This document shows, piece after piece, positions 9,355 through 19,505 of a DNA stretch of 64,000 nt. The notes under the pieces are model-generated. The model made no database searches. It saw nothing but the letters and a program-made list of their open reading frames with translations, and was not told where the DNA came from. Position 1 is the stretch's first letter; every line of letters begins with the position of its first letter. The translations under genes were made by a program, and so were the position numbers. The DNA comes from Patescibacteria group bacterium (GTDB lineage: Bacteria > Patescibacteriota > Patescibacteriia > Buchananbacterales > SURF-54), in the NCBI GenBank assembly GCA_018818885.1, contig JAHIRB010000021.1:12461-76460 (forward strand), written 5' to 3'.

Positions 9355-9918
9355 ATGCTAAATTTTTATATTTCACACAAAGAACCAAACGAAAAAATAA
9401 TAATGCTTCTACGTAGGCATTGGACTATCATGTTATTTAAAATACTCTTTTTTGGTCTTGCAGCAATCTTGCCTATAATTTTTTACTTCTTAGCTAATAA
9501 CTTTATACAGACAATAATCTCTCACAACTTTGGCAATGTTTTGTTTGTATTAATTACTAGCCTTTATTATCTTTATATCTGGTTGTTTATTTTTGCAGTT
9601 TTTGTAGATTACTATTTAGATGTTTGGATAGTTACCAATCATAGAATTTTAAATATCGAACAAAAAGGTTTATTCCATCGTGTTATTTCCGAACAAAAGC
9701 TTTACCGTATTCAAGATGTTACTTCCGAACTGAAAGGAATACTACCTACACTATTTAATTATGGAACAGTGCACATCCAAACTGCAGCAGAAAAATCAAG
9801 ATTTATTTTTAAACAAGTCCCAGACCCCCGCCATGTTTCTAAAAAAGTTATTATGATGTCAGAACAGAGCAAAAAATTTAAAAGGATCATGGAAGAAAAA
9901 GAAGAAATCACAACATAA
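9355..9918 (+). CDS. bacterial PH (bPH_2) domain membrane protein
   Basis: LRRHW, two TMs, WIVTNHRILNIEQKGLF, IQDVT, FNYGTVHIQTA. Confidence 0.85.
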   Translation: MLNFYISHKEPNEKIIMLLRRHWTIMLFKILFFGLAAILPIIFYFLANNFIQTIISHNFGNVLFVLITSLYYLYIWLFIFAVFVDYYLDVWIVTNHRILNIEQKGLFHRVISEQKLYRIQDVTSELKGILPTLFNYGTVHIQTAAEKSRFIFKQVPDPRHVSKKVIMMSEQSKKFKRIMEEKEEITT

Positions 9919-9930
9919 ATTATTATCAAA

Positions 9931-9961
9931 AAAAATATGGCCTCTAAGGGTCATATTTTTG
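9931..9961 (+). terminator. rho-independent terminator
   Basis: AAAAATATGGCC-TCTAAG-GGTCATATTTTT after the ruvB operon. Confidence 0.65.
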
Positions 9962-10029
9962 TTTTTGTTTTTGTAAAGAATTTCAGATCGAAAACAAGAA
10001 AAACATGAGTATTGGAAAGAGCTACCAGT

Positions 10030-10091
10030 TTATCCTCTCACCTTTTTCATCAAAATTGAAATTTTATTCAAGAAAAAGGGTGAGGGGATAA
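10030..10091. repeat. intergenic inverted repeat
   Basis: TTATCCTCTCACCTTTTT ... AAAAGGGTGAGGGGATAA. Confidence 0.55.
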
Positions 10092-10151
10092 TTCAGCAAA
10101 ATTTTAATCAAAATAATTTTTATTTTGATTAATCTTTCTACCAACTATTGA

Positions 10152-10451
10152 TTATTTGCCTATATAGGCACTAACATCTGTTTCTTGTGCGATGTATTGT
10201 CCTGGCATCCAGCCAACTTTTTCTTCTACCGATGCCATAACCGTATTACGTACAATCTTTTGTTCAATTGCTCCAGAGGCAAAGCGTAGACAAAACGCTG
10301 CACCTAAAACAATCAAAAAAGCGCTAACAATACTCACAAACATCCCCTTAGCAAGGATTTTTTCTGTCAACGCACTAAAGAATCGTGTTTTTGGTTGTAC
10401 CGGTGGACATAAAAGCGATAGGATTTCATGCCCTGGTTGTGGTTCTGGCAT
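10152..10451 (-). CDS. hypothetical membrane protein
   Basis: 99 aa, one TM; upstream promoter TTGACT(10615)-17-TAAGAT and a hairpin-rich leader. Confidence 0.55.
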   Translation of the reverse strand: MPEPQPGHEILSLLCPPVQPKTRFFSALTEKILAKGMFVSIVSAFLIVLGAAFCLRFASGAIEQKIVRNTVMASVEEKVGWMPGQYIAQETDVSAYIGK

Positions 10452-10758
10452 AGTTTTGTTTTGTTTTTTGTTTTTGCTTCGATATTGCTTCAGATGAACT
10501 CTGAGCTTCGAAGAGTTTTACTCCCCGCTTAGTATCTAGGAGGAGATTTTTCAAAATAAAAGACCCTTTTGTGGGGGTCTATATATATCTTATCATACCT
10601 TATAAAAAAAGTCAACCCTTCTTTATCAACAGTTCATATATCAAGGTTGACCTTGAGTAAATCGAATGGGTCAAGCAATTCTTATCAACATGTAAAAAAA
10701 GGAGGCCGCTGACAAAAATGTCAACGGCCCGACAAAGCTATGCTTGTAATGATGGTGT

Positions 10759-11220
10759 TCACGCACAACGCGCAAGAATCTGAAACGATTGAGAGTTGAT
10801 TCTGCTTCGGCGCGGAAACGTGTGGAGAAACGGCTCGCTATCTTTCGATATATGGATAGCTATGCAATGTTCCTCTCCTAGGTGGGACACGGTCGCCCCC
10901 GGCACAATAACCAGAAGCGGAAAATGCGGTTCGAGCTTCATGAGTGTAATCACGTCGCTGATGTGGGGGAGCTTTTTCCCATTCGAAAGGAGAAGATCGT
11001 CAACTTCTCCGATGACCATACCTTCCGAATGCTGTAAAAGCTGACACATCCCTTCCGAGCCCGTAACGTGACTTACAATTTTTGTGAGATCCAGATTTTG
11101 GTCATGCCCGATCATACATTCTTTGATGAGTTCGGGAATCGACTGACCAGTTGTCTCGACGGGAAACTGTGTTTGAGTCGGATCTTGATAGCTGCACAAC
11201 ACTTTTAATTGTCCGCTCAT
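10759..11220 (-). CDS. orphan hypothetical protein
   Basis: 153 aa, higher GC than flanks, GGAGG SD, promoter TTGACA(11305)-17-TATAAA, downstream hairpin near 10704-10729. Confidence 0.6.
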   Translation of the reverse strand: MSGQLKVLCSYQDPTQTQFPVETTGQSIPELIKECMIGHDQNLDLTKIVSHVTGSEGMCQLLQHSEGMVIGEVDDLLLSNGKKLPHISDVITLMKLEPHFPLLVIVPGATVSHLGEEHCIAIHISKDSEPFLHTFPRRSRINSQSFQILARCA

Positions 11221-11335
11221 TTTTCCTTTTCCTCCATTTCAAAACCTTTGTTATCCCCTCCATTCGCGCACCTAGCTTTATATCATATAAAATTTATTTT
11301 GTCAATCCCCGCCTTTTAATGTTATCATTTTATAT

Positions 11336-12769
11336 ATGACTGTGACAACAAAAATAGCTCAAAACACTGTTGTCCAAATTATTGGACGTGGTATTGCTGT
11401 TGGAATTGCACTAATTACTTTAGCGATAACCACCCGTTATCTTGGCACAGATGGCTATGGAGCTTACATTACCATAATTGCTTTTATACAAATTTTTAGT
11501 ATTTTGGCAGATTTAGGAATTCAGATGACTTCGGTTCAATCAATTTCGGAAAGTGGTGTAGATGAATCAAAAATTTTAAGTAACATTTTTAGCCTTCGTG
11601 TTTTTACTGCCTCTATTGCCTTGATCCTCACGCCAATTATTATCTTTTTATTTCCATATCCAATAATGATAAAAATTGGTGTACTTATCGCTGCTATTGC
11701 TTTTTTTATTGCCGGACTTTCTTCGGTGTTCACTGGCGTCTTTCTAAAAAAATTATTAATGGGTCGATTTACCCTTACCGATATTGTACAAAAAGTAATT
11801 ACGTTAATCGTTGTTATTTTGGCTGTCTATTTTAATCTTGGTCTTTATGGAATACTGCTAGCCTTAATTATCGCTAATTTATTTCAATTCTTACTACTCT
11901 TTAGCTTTTCACAAAAATTAATTAAGATTACCTGGCAAATAGATTTTTTAATTTGGAAAAAAATTCTTTCTAAAAGTTTGCCAATTGTTACAACTATTGC
12001 TTTAAACCTTTTATACTTTAAGGGTGATACCGTTATACTTTCTTTATTTAGAAGCCAGCAAGAAGTCGGTCTTTATGGCGCACCATACAGAGTACTGGAA
12101 GTTCTTATTAATTTAATATATCTCTTTTTAGGACTGCTACTTCCCTTAATGACTTTGTACTACACAAATAAAAATTGGGAAGCATTAAAAAAAATTATAC
12201 AACTTGGCTACGATATCATTACCTTAATTTCTTTTCCTCTAATTGTTGGGGGGTTATTTGTTGGTCCTAAATTAATGTCGTTTATTGCTGGAGAAAATTA
12301 TTTAATTTCTGGCCACATATTAAAAATATTAATTCCTGCAACAATAGCAATATTTTTTGCAGCCATCTTTGGATATCTTATTGTTGCTGCTAACCAGCAA
12401 AAAAGGGTGATTAAATTTTATGTAGCAAATGCTATAATTTCTTTAACACTATATTTAATTTTTATTCCTAAGTACGGATATTGGGCTGCTGCTATTATCA
12501 CTGTATTTTCTGAATTGTTTATATTATTTTCTGCTATTTATGTTGCGCAAAAAATTTATAGATTTAAAGCTGATTTGTCTTTAACCAAAAAATCTTTTCT
12601 GGCATCAATGGCCATGGCAATTGCTTTATATTTTGTTGTAGACCTGCACGTTTTGTTTTCCATGTCTATTGGCGCCTCAGTATATCTAGTAATTTTATAT
12701 CTACTCAAAGGATTTTCTAAAGAAATGATAAAAGAAATAATGAGCTTTAAAAAAACGCCTACTAACTAA
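11336..12769 (+). CDS. Wzx-like flippase / polysaccharide export protein
   Basis: RYLGTDGYGAY, ADLG, EVGLYGAPYR, many TM segments. Confidence 0.9.
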   Translation: MTVTTKIAQNTVVQIIGRGIAVGIALITLAITTRYLGTDGYGAYITIIAFIQIFSILADLGIQMTSVQSISESGVDESKILSNIFSLRVFTASIALILTPIIIFLFPYPIMIKIGVLIAAIAFFIAGLSSVFTGVFLKKLLMGRFTLTDIVQKVITLIVVILAVYFNLGLYGILLALIIANLFQFLLLFSFSQKLIKITWQIDFLIWKKILSKSLPIVTTIALNLLYFKGDTVILSLFRSQQEVGLYGAPYRVLEVLINLIYLFLGLLLPLMTLYYTNKNWEALKKIIQLGYDIITLISFPLIVGGLFVGPKLMSFIAGENYLISGHILKILIPATIAIFFAAIFGYLIVAANQQKRVIKFYVANAIISLTLYLIFIPKYGYWAAAIITVFSELFILFSAIYVAQKIYRFKADLSLTKKSFLASMAMAIALYFVVDLHVLFSMSIGASVYLVILYLLKGFSKEMIKEIMSFKKTPTN

Positions 12770-12771
12770 TT

Positions 12772-14082
12772 ATGTTTATTTTTGATTTCCCGTGGGAAAT
12801 TCAACATTTTTTTACTGACTTCTGGCTTGCAGTAAATATTACCTTACTGCTCATTTTGGGTGTATTAGTTTATTTAGCCTTAAAAAAACCAGTTTGGGCA
12901 AATTTTTTAGTAATTATACTACTTCCAACTTACTTGTTTAGAAGTAATATATTTTGGCTACCTTTAACGTATTTAGAAATTTGTATTTGGATAGTTTTTG
13001 TTGCCTTAATTGTGAGAATGATTATTAATAAAGAAAAGGTAAAAACTCATTTTCAATATCCTTACAAATGGCCTATTTTAATAATTTTGCTTAGTGCTAC
13101 CATTTCAGTTTTTATTTCAACTAACTTAACTGCTGCAGCTGGGCTTTGGAAAGCTTATTTTGTTGAAAGCTTAATGTTTTTTATTGTGTTGATTAATACT
13201 GTGAAATCAAAAAAAGACCGAGACATTATTCTTTGGGCTTTAGGTATTTCTACGTTGAGCATATCATTACTGGCAATCTACCAAAAATTTACAGCTTTTG
13301 GCATTGCAGAAAGCGCGTGGGTGGCGCCAGACATCAGGCGAGTTAATGCTATGTTTACTTCTCCCAATTCAGTTGCCTTATATCTTGTTCCGATTATGAT
13401 GATTTATATTGGCTGGATGCTTGATGATATTAAGAATAAACTTTTTGATTTTGGATTTATTTCTAAACTACTGATCTTTATCCTTTCCTGTTTAGCGGTG
13501 GTTTATACTGTATCACAAGGTGCGTGGCTAGCATTAGCTGCTGCTTTGTTTTTTTTCTTATTCTTTACTGTATCAAAAAAATGGACAACAGCAATAGTTA
13601 TAAGTTTAGTTATTTTGACATTACTGATACCGCAAACTAAAAATCTCATAATCTCAGTTGGCATTGAAAGCCCCTCAGCACAAAATCGTTTTGTTTTGTG
13701 GCAAGGCTCACTTGATTATTTAACAAGTAGTGCAAAAAACTTTATCTTTGGTGCCGGACTATTTGGTTTTTCTGATATTCTTGATACATTTCGCGATCCA
13801 CTTAAAATGGAACCACTAATATACCCACATAATATTATTTTAAATTTTTGGATGGAGATTGGTTTGCTGGGGTTAATTGGCTTTGTTTGGTTGATATTTG
13901 ACTTTTTCGAAAAAGGATTTAAAAAACTTATCGTTGGCGACTTTGGCCAAAGTCGCCTACTGTTAATCGGAATCCTCGCTGCCATGATTACGATTCTTAT
14001 TCATGGACTTATTGATGTGCCTTACTTTAAAAATGACCTATCGGTTTTATTTTGGATAATTGCAGGCTTGGCAATACTGTAA
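12772..14082 (+). CDS. O-antigen ligase (Wzy_C) family protein
   Basis: FTSPNS, TVSQGAW, NRFVLW, GAGLFGF, YPHNIILNFWMEIGLLG, HGLID. Confidence 0.9.
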   Translation: MFIFDFPWEIQHFFTDFWLAVNITLLLILGVLVYLALKKPVWANFLVIILLPTYLFRSNIFWLPLTYLEICIWIVFVALIVRMIINKEKVKTHFQYPYKWPILIILLSATISVFISTNLTAAAGLWKAYFVESLMFFIVLINTVKSKKDRDIILWALGISTLSISLLAIYQKFTAFGIAESAWVAPDIRRVNAMFTSPNSVALYLVPIMMIYIGWMLDDIKNKLFDFGFISKLLIFILSCLAVVYTVSQGAWLALAAALFFFLFFTVSKKWTTAIVISLVILTLLIPQTKNLIISVGIESPSAQNRFVLWQGSLDYLTSSAKNFIFGAGLFGFSDILDTFRDPLKMEPLIYPHNIILNFWMEIGLLGLIGFVWLIFDFFEKGFKKLIVGDFGQSRLLLIGILAAMITILIHGLIDVPYFKNDLSVLFWIIAGLAIL

Positions 14083-14134
14083 TATTTTTATATAATAACT
14101 TTACACATAATTGAAAAAGATAAGGAGGGAAACA

Positions 14135-14314
14135 ATGTCATATTTTTTATTCCTGTCAAAATACGGAAAAGATCCAAGGCAATTTTTTACGATTGTGGAG
14201 GTCAACAGATTTGTAGAAAATGCAACCGGATGCAAACTAATAATTCGTCGATGTGAGATCAATAAAAAAGCCGTTGATCCAAACAAAATCATTGATGAAG
14301 CGCTAAAAGAATAA
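14135..14314 (+). CDS. small hypothetical protein
   Basis: AGGAGGG SD ahead of ATG 14135, 59 aa. Confidence 0.45.
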   Translation: MSYFLFLSKYGKDPRQFFTIVEVNRFVENATGCKLIIRRCEINKKAVDPNKIIDEALKE

Positions 14315-14400
14315 CTACCCACCAAAAAACCATTGTTTCACTTTCCAACTTGCCGGGGCATCGCGTCTCGGCTTTTTCATATTTCAACAATTTAAAAAGC

Positions 14401-14423
14401 AGGTCGGGGCCAGGCCCCGACCT
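14401..14423. terminator. GC-rich terminator hairpin
   Basis: AGGTCGGGGC-CAG-GCCCCGACCT between convergent genes. Confidence 0.75.
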
Positions 14424-14444
14424 ACAAATTTTTTTTGACTTTAT

Positions 14445-15119
14445 CTATTTTCTTGAAACTTTATCCAAAAGTTCTCTTGCTTTTTCTTTACCACCCAATC
14501 CAAAAGCTAAACCACCTGCCAAAGCAAGCATAGCTACTAAACCAGTAAACAACGTTTGGATCATGCTTGCTGCAACACGGAGTTGCACTAACGCTGCCAT
14601 CAAAGAAAAAATCAAAATTGACCACTTCCCAAGTGCAGCTAAAAAATGAGCTGAGGCTATGTTAGCAGCTCCTGCTGATTGCTGAATTGCAGACTTAACA
14701 AAATTGCCAACAATTATTCCAATAACCATTATCACTACTGCAATAATAACATTAGGAATGTAGGCAACAACTTTATTAAGAAACTGCGAGATCTGTCCTA
14801 AATGCAAAATTTCTGCAGAAGCTACCAAAAAAACTGCAATCAAAAACCACATTGTTAAAAGCCCCAAAAGTTTACTGATACCCATTCTAAAGCCAACTTT
14901 ATCCAATACTTTTAGTACTCCTGCTTTTTCTAGCATCTTATCTAAGTACAGTTTTTCCAATAACTTTGTGATTAATCGACCCAAAGCTTCGGCGATAAAC
15001 AAACCAACGATAAATACCGCCAATGCAACTACTATTTCTGGAATAATATTGACAAATTTTAACCACAAACCCTGAAAAGAACCTGTAATTACAGCTGTCC
15101 AGCTTGATAAATTTGACAT
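14445..15119 (-). CDS. conserved TM-helix protein (MscS-associated TM_helix repeat)
   Basis: Two IP(E/N)x3A repeats and ALAGGLAFGLGGKE C-terminus. Confidence 0.85.
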   Translation of the reverse strand: MSNLSSWTAVITGSFQGLWLKFVNIIPEIVVALAVFIVGLFIAEALGRLITKLLEKLYLDKMLEKAGVLKVLDKVGFRMGISKLLGLLTMWFLIAVFLVASAEILHLGQISQFLNKVVAYIPNVIIAVVIMVIGIIVGNFVKSAIQQSAGAANIASAHFLAALGKWSILIFSLMAALVQLRVAASMIQTLFTGLVAMLALAGGLAFGLGGKEKARELLDKVSRK

Positions 15120-15338
15120 AATTTCCCCTTTCTATAATTAACGAAATGTTATTTTTCGTTTATTTAATTTTTAAAATATGATAACTTGTATTATGCACAT
15201 ATCATTTATAATTATAGCAGATATCAACCCTTTACCCCATCCCCCTTAAGACTTTTGACTACGACAACTGACTTGTTTAGATAAAGAGGGAGGGGTTTAC
15301 AAAACTAAAAAAATGTGCTACAATTACTATGTTAAATT

Positions 15339-17582
15339 ATGACATTTCTATTTAACAAACAAAAAACAAAAACAAAACATACAGCACAAATTATCGCTTT
15401 GAGCATAATTTGTTTTTTATTACTTTCTCCCCTAGCTTCCTTACAAGCTAGGGTTTTTGAACCAGAAAATATCTTAACTGATTCTGAATTATTCGATAAG
15501 GATTCTTTAAGCAAAGCTGCTATTCAAAACTTTTTAGAGCAGAAAGATTCCGTACTAGCTCGATATTCGCAAGTGGTAGAAGGTACACCAATGACAGCTA
15601 CAGAAATTATATATGATGTGGCACAAATGCATTCAATTAATCCAAAGTTCTTATTGACAACTCTAGAAAAGGAACAAGGACTTTTACATAAAAGTCATGC
15701 TACAGAAGATGAACTTGCTTGGGCTATGGGCTATGGCTGCTATGGTGGGCAATGCAACAGTAAATACGAAGGCTTTTACGATCAAGTGGAATCTTCTGCT
15801 GTTACGCAAAATATTTATGTTGACCGCAAATCTACTTTTAGTTTTCAGGTAGGAAAAATGACAGTTACTTTTGATGACTACCACTTAGTTCCAAAAAATC
15901 AAGCAACTGCTAATCTTTTTATCTATACTCCTTATGTTGGCTTCTCACCCGAGCTTGGGGTGACTAAGCCTTATGGTGGCAATCGACTTTTTTGGATAAT
16001 TTGGAATCGATACTTTACTAAAAAATATTATCCAGATGGTTTTGTAATAAAAAATTCTGGCAATTATTATTTGATTGAAAATAATAAAAAAAGAAAATTT
16101 GCTTCCAGCTCATTATTTCTAAAAGATTATTCAGAAAACAATGCTCATCAAGTTACAAACGACATCGCAAACGCATACGAAGACGGCGCACCAATTGAGT
16201 TTAGTAAAAATACCTTAGTTAAACACCCAACTTCTGGACAAATCTTTTTACTAGCAGATTATGATACCAAAAGACCTATATTAGACAACAACGCTTTAGC
16301 TTTACTGGGAAATGTGTACATAGCTGTTACTGCAGGTCAAATACCAACAGTTACCGCTAATAAGCTAATACCCTACAATTTAGGTGATTCAATATCTTCT
16401 ACTTCTGCCTACCCTCAAGGAAAATTATTCAAAATTGAAAATGGTCAAATATATTTAGTTCAAGATGGCATAAAACATTTAGTTGATCCTGTGGTATGGC
16501 GAGAAAAATATAACAACCAAACACCTCAAAATACAACTGCAGCTGCCTTGGAAGGTTTATTGGATGGTTCTATGGATAGATTAGATGATGGCAGTTTTGT
16601 AAAAAGTAGCAGTGGAAGATATTATGTAATTGCAACTGGGGGTGAGCGAATGCGTATTCAAACAACTGAAATATTTAGCAGAACTTTTGGGTTAGATAAA
16701 TTATCTACTGCGATTGTTGTCTCCGACGAGCTTTTAGAAGCCCACCCAGCTGGTGAAACAATAGAATATATTGATGACACAATTAAAGATCCTATAACTC
16801 CGACTGCTCCAAGTTCAAACACAACATCTCCAAGCGGATCATATACTGCCCTATTCTTAAATACTCAACCACAAAACATAGAGTTGATAGATGGTGAACA
16901 AAAAACCGTATCAATACAATTTAAAAATATTGGTGGTGCTACCTGGCAACCAGAAACTGTTTATCTAAAGGTTTTTGATCAAAACGGGGAGGCTATCTAT
17001 ACTCAAGGACAAAAATTTCCTTTGGCAGAAAGTAGAATAAATAATGGTGAAACAGGCACTTTCTATCCCTTGCTAACTGCACCATCAACAGCTGGCTTAT
17101 TACAAATACAATTTAAACTTTTTTATCTAAAAAATGGTGTTGAAACTCAAATTACCTCTGGCACACAAGGAAAATTTATCTTTGTTGAAGGTGGAGAAAC
17201 TTCCCAAGTACTAAGTCACAACTACCCAATAGCTGTAAGAAATGACTGGGGAGTTCAAAATATCGAAATCAGACTAAAAAACACCAGCAAAGATACTACC
17301 TGGACTTCTAAATACACCAAACTAAAAATAACCAATGAAGACGGCAGCCAAAGCAGTTTTTACGATCCAAACGACTGGCTAGACGAAACTGTAGCTGCAA
17401 TACCAATCAATGCCAGATCTATAGCACCAGGCGAAGAAGCAGTTTTTAAATTTACTTTAAAGGTGAGAGGCGTTGATCCAAAAGTATATGGCCACAGAAT
17501 GGTACTAGAACTAACAGATCTCGATAAAACTGTACTGCTAAGCGGCAGATCTGCTTGGGTTCGTTTAATGCGTGTAGATTAA
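15339..17582 (+). CDS. secreted multidomain protein: lysozyme-like N-domain, repeated beta modules, NBR1/Ig-like C-terminal domains
   Basis: Signal peptide; INPKFLLTTLEKEQGL and PKNQATANLFIYTP; repeated G(xx)YLI..G.K modules; two (F/L)KN.(G/S)..TW domains. Confidence 0.7.
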   Translation: MTFLFNKQKTKTKHTAQIIALSIICFLLLSPLASLQARVFEPENILTDSELFDKDSLSKAAIQNFLEQKDSVLARYSQVVEGTPMTATEIIYDVAQMHSINPKFLLTTLEKEQGLLHKSHATEDELAWAMGYGCYGGQCNSKYEGFYDQVESSAVTQNIYVDRKSTFSFQVGKMTVTFDDYHLVPKNQATANLFIYTPYVGFSPELGVTKPYGGNRLFWIIWNRYFTKKYYPDGFVIKNSGNYYLIENNKKRKFASSSLFLKDYSENNAHQVTNDIANAYEDGAPIEFSKNTLVKHPTSGQIFLLADYDTKRPILDNNALALLGNVYIAVTAGQIPTVTANKLIPYNLGDSISSTSAYPQGKLFKIENGQIYLVQDGIKHLVDPVVWREKYNNQTPQNTTAAALEGLLDGSMDRLDDGSFVKSSSGRYYVIATGGERMRIQTTEIFSRTFGLDKLSTAIVVSDELLEAHPAGETIEYIDDTIKDPITPTAPSSNTTSPSGSYTALFLNTQPQNIELIDGEQKTVSIQFKNIGGATWQPETVYLKVFDQNGEAIYTQGQKFPLAESRINNGETGTFYPLLTAPSTAGLLQIQFKLFYLKNGVETQITSGTQGKFIFVEGGETSQVLSHNYPIAVRNDWGVQNIEIRLKNTSKDTTWTSKYTKLKITNEDGSQSSFYDPNDWLDETVAAIPINARSIAPGEEAVFKFTLKVRGVDPKVYGHRMVLELTDLDKTVLLSGRSAWVRLMRVD

Positions 17583-17598
17583 TACAATTTTTACTATT

Positions 17599-17653
17599 GA
17601 GTTCTCCGCCTGAGGCGGATCCGCCTTCGGCGGAAAATCCCATCTACCACCCC
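17599..17653 (+). repeat. tRNA-His-like 3' remnant with double-hairpin insert in the T-loop
   Basis: GAGTTC|TCCGCC-TGA-GGCGGA TCCGCC-TTC-GGCGGA|AAATCCCATCTACCACCCC. Confidence 0.6.
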
Positions 17654-17771
17654 TTTTTTAAACAAAAAAAATTCTACTTTAATTGTAGAATTTTTTGTTT
17701 TAGAGATGTTGAGTCCGAGGAGCGCAAAACGCGTGCGCCCCTCGGTGTGAAAATAATAGCTACGATAAATC

Positions 17772-17999
17772 TCATTTTTTTCGAGGATTATACCTATATG
17801 CAAGCACGACTCCGCACAGCGGACATTTCATATACCATCTGGTGCCACTCTGTTTGTAAGAAGCTAACTCTTCGTTGAGAGGAAAATCACAATCTCTACA
17901 CTCAGGTTTTTTGAATGTCCCCCTAAACTTATCGGCTACATCTTCTGGTAGATCACCAAAATCATATTGCTTTTTTTTCACTTGTGTTGAAGAACTCAT
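17772..17999 (-). CDS. small zinc-ribbon protein
   Basis: CRDC ... CPLC, purine-rich SD-like sequence upstream, GC hairpin downstream (about 17715-17745). Confidence 0.65.
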   Translation of the reverse strand: MSSSTQVKKKQYDFGDLPEDVADKFRGTFKKPECRDCDFPLNEELASYKQSGTRWYMKCPLCGVVLAYRYNPRKK

Positions 18000-18164
18000 A
18001 CCTTGCCCCCTTTGTATTGTTTTTCACAACGTGTGGGTATGACTAATAATATTTCAATCCCGACGTTGATTCACGTCAATGACATTTAAGCAAATGGTTA
18101 CTCATTTGTCAAGGCTTGTGCAATAAAATATAATCTCAATTCCTTTATAATTTTATCAATCTTA

Positions 18165-18238
18165 GTTCTAACATCGCCCGCCACGCCGAAGACGAAGCCC
18201 AAAGGCGAGTCGAGGCGAGTCCCTACTACCACCCACCA
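18165..18238 (+). repeat. second tRNA-3'-like remnant with palindromic element
   Basis: CGCC-GAA-GAC-GAA-GCC-CAAA-GGC-GA-GTC-GA-GGCG (18184-18217) followed by AGTCCCTACTACCACCCACCA. Confidence 0.5.
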
Positions 18239-18251
18239 AACACTTCGTATA

Positions 18252-19502
18252 ATGAAGTGTTTTTTGTTTACATTGAGTTTAACGAAATGCTATTATTACT
18301 ACATGACTTTCACCAAAACAACTTTGCTACTTGTATTACTGTTTTTTGTATCCATTCTTTTTAGTTCTTTTTTTATTAATAACTTCTATGAAGATCGATA
18401 TGTTATTAATGAATTTGGAGATAGATATATCTATGCCCAACGCGGTATGTGGTATATAAACGAAAAAACACCTTATTCGGAGGTTTTTTCTGAATATCCC
18501 CAAATAGCAACATATTTTTTTGCTTTACCTTATATCATCCAAAAATTAACTAATGCAGAAACCGCCCCCCAGATCATGTATGCATATACCACTATTTTTT
18601 CTTTATTGATGATGGTTTTTGCGACTGCCTCTATATTTCTGATTTATAAATTAAGAGTAGATAAAAAATATCTTAGCTTGCTTATGCTGCTTCCTGCTTC
18701 TTTGTATTTTATTCATAATCGATATGATATCATTCCTGCGTTTTTATCACTCTTGAGTTTGTATTTATTACAAAAGAAAAAATTTTTTTGGGCGACCGCA
18801 ATATTAGCAATTGGCGTAATGACAAAATGGTACTTAGTAATTTTGCTCCCAATCTATTTGACATACTACTTTTGGCAAACAAAAAAAATAAATTGGAAAA
18901 TGATTATTGTTTTTACTCTAACTACTATCATAATCATTATGCCAACAATTTTAACTGCGGGCTTTGATGGATTTTTAGTGCCTTATATTTTCCACCTAAC
19001 TAGAAATTTTAATCTCGAAAGTACGTTTTTCATTTTATATTATGTTTTTGAACAAATTGGTAATATTTATATTGATAGTAATGCAATGTTAACTTTCTTT
19101 TTTTTGATGCAATTTTTTATTGCACCATTAGCGCTAACTAGTAAAATTAAAACATTCGAAAAAGTAATAAAATGGTCTTTACTTTCGATTTTATTTTTTG
19201 TCTTTTTTGCTAAGTTTTATTCTCCACAATGGATATTATGGTTTAGTCCTCTAGTGATTATTCTAATAAAAAATAAACGTGATGTTTTGTGGTTGATATT
19301 GTTTGATCTGACAACTTATATATATTTTCCGATTCTCTATTACACAATCACAGAAATTTCAATAATATATTTATTAACCATTATTTTTAGAACTTTCTTA
19401 TTTATCAAACTAATTCTACCCTTATTGCTGGAATTATTAAATGATAATTTAATATTAAGCTACTTTAAAAAGAAACTAATCCCAAAAACGGTTTCTAATT
19501 AG
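18252..19502 (+). CDS. GT87/DUF2029-like membrane glycosyltransferase (likely start 18303)
   Basis: PYSEVFSEYP, NRYDI, GVMTKW, KFYSPQWILW. Confidence 0.85.
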   Translation: MKCFLFTLSLTKCYYYYMTFTKTTLLLVLLFFVSILFSSFFINNFYEDRYVINEFGDRYIYAQRGMWYINEKTPYSEVFSEYPQIATYFFALPYIIQKLTNAETAPQIMYAYTTIFSLLMMVFATASIFLIYKLRVDKKYLSLLMLLPASLYFIHNRYDIIPAFLSLLSLYLLQKKKFFWATAILAIGVMTKWYLVILLPIYLTYYFWQTKKINWKMIIVFTLTTIIIIMPTILTAGFDGFLVPYIFHLTRNFNLESTFFILYYVFEQIGNIYIDSNAMLTFFFLMQFFIAPLALTSKIKTFEKVIKWSLLSILFFVFFAKFYSPQWILWFSPLVIILIKNKRDVLWLILFDLTTYIYFPILYYTITEISIIYLLTIIFRTFLFIKLILPLLLELLNDNLILSYFKKKLIPKTVSN

Positions 19503-19505
19503 TAT

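Noticed and set aside
15226-15298. AACCC...TCCCCCTT / AAAGAGGGAGGGGTT inverted repeat
   Set aside because: Probably another decayed palindromic element, but single copy here and too degenerate to assign
17452-17878. overlapping short ORFs (GFSAEGGSASGG / SSPPEADPPSAE)
   Set aside because: Read-through of the TCCGCC..GGCGGA double hairpin, not real genes
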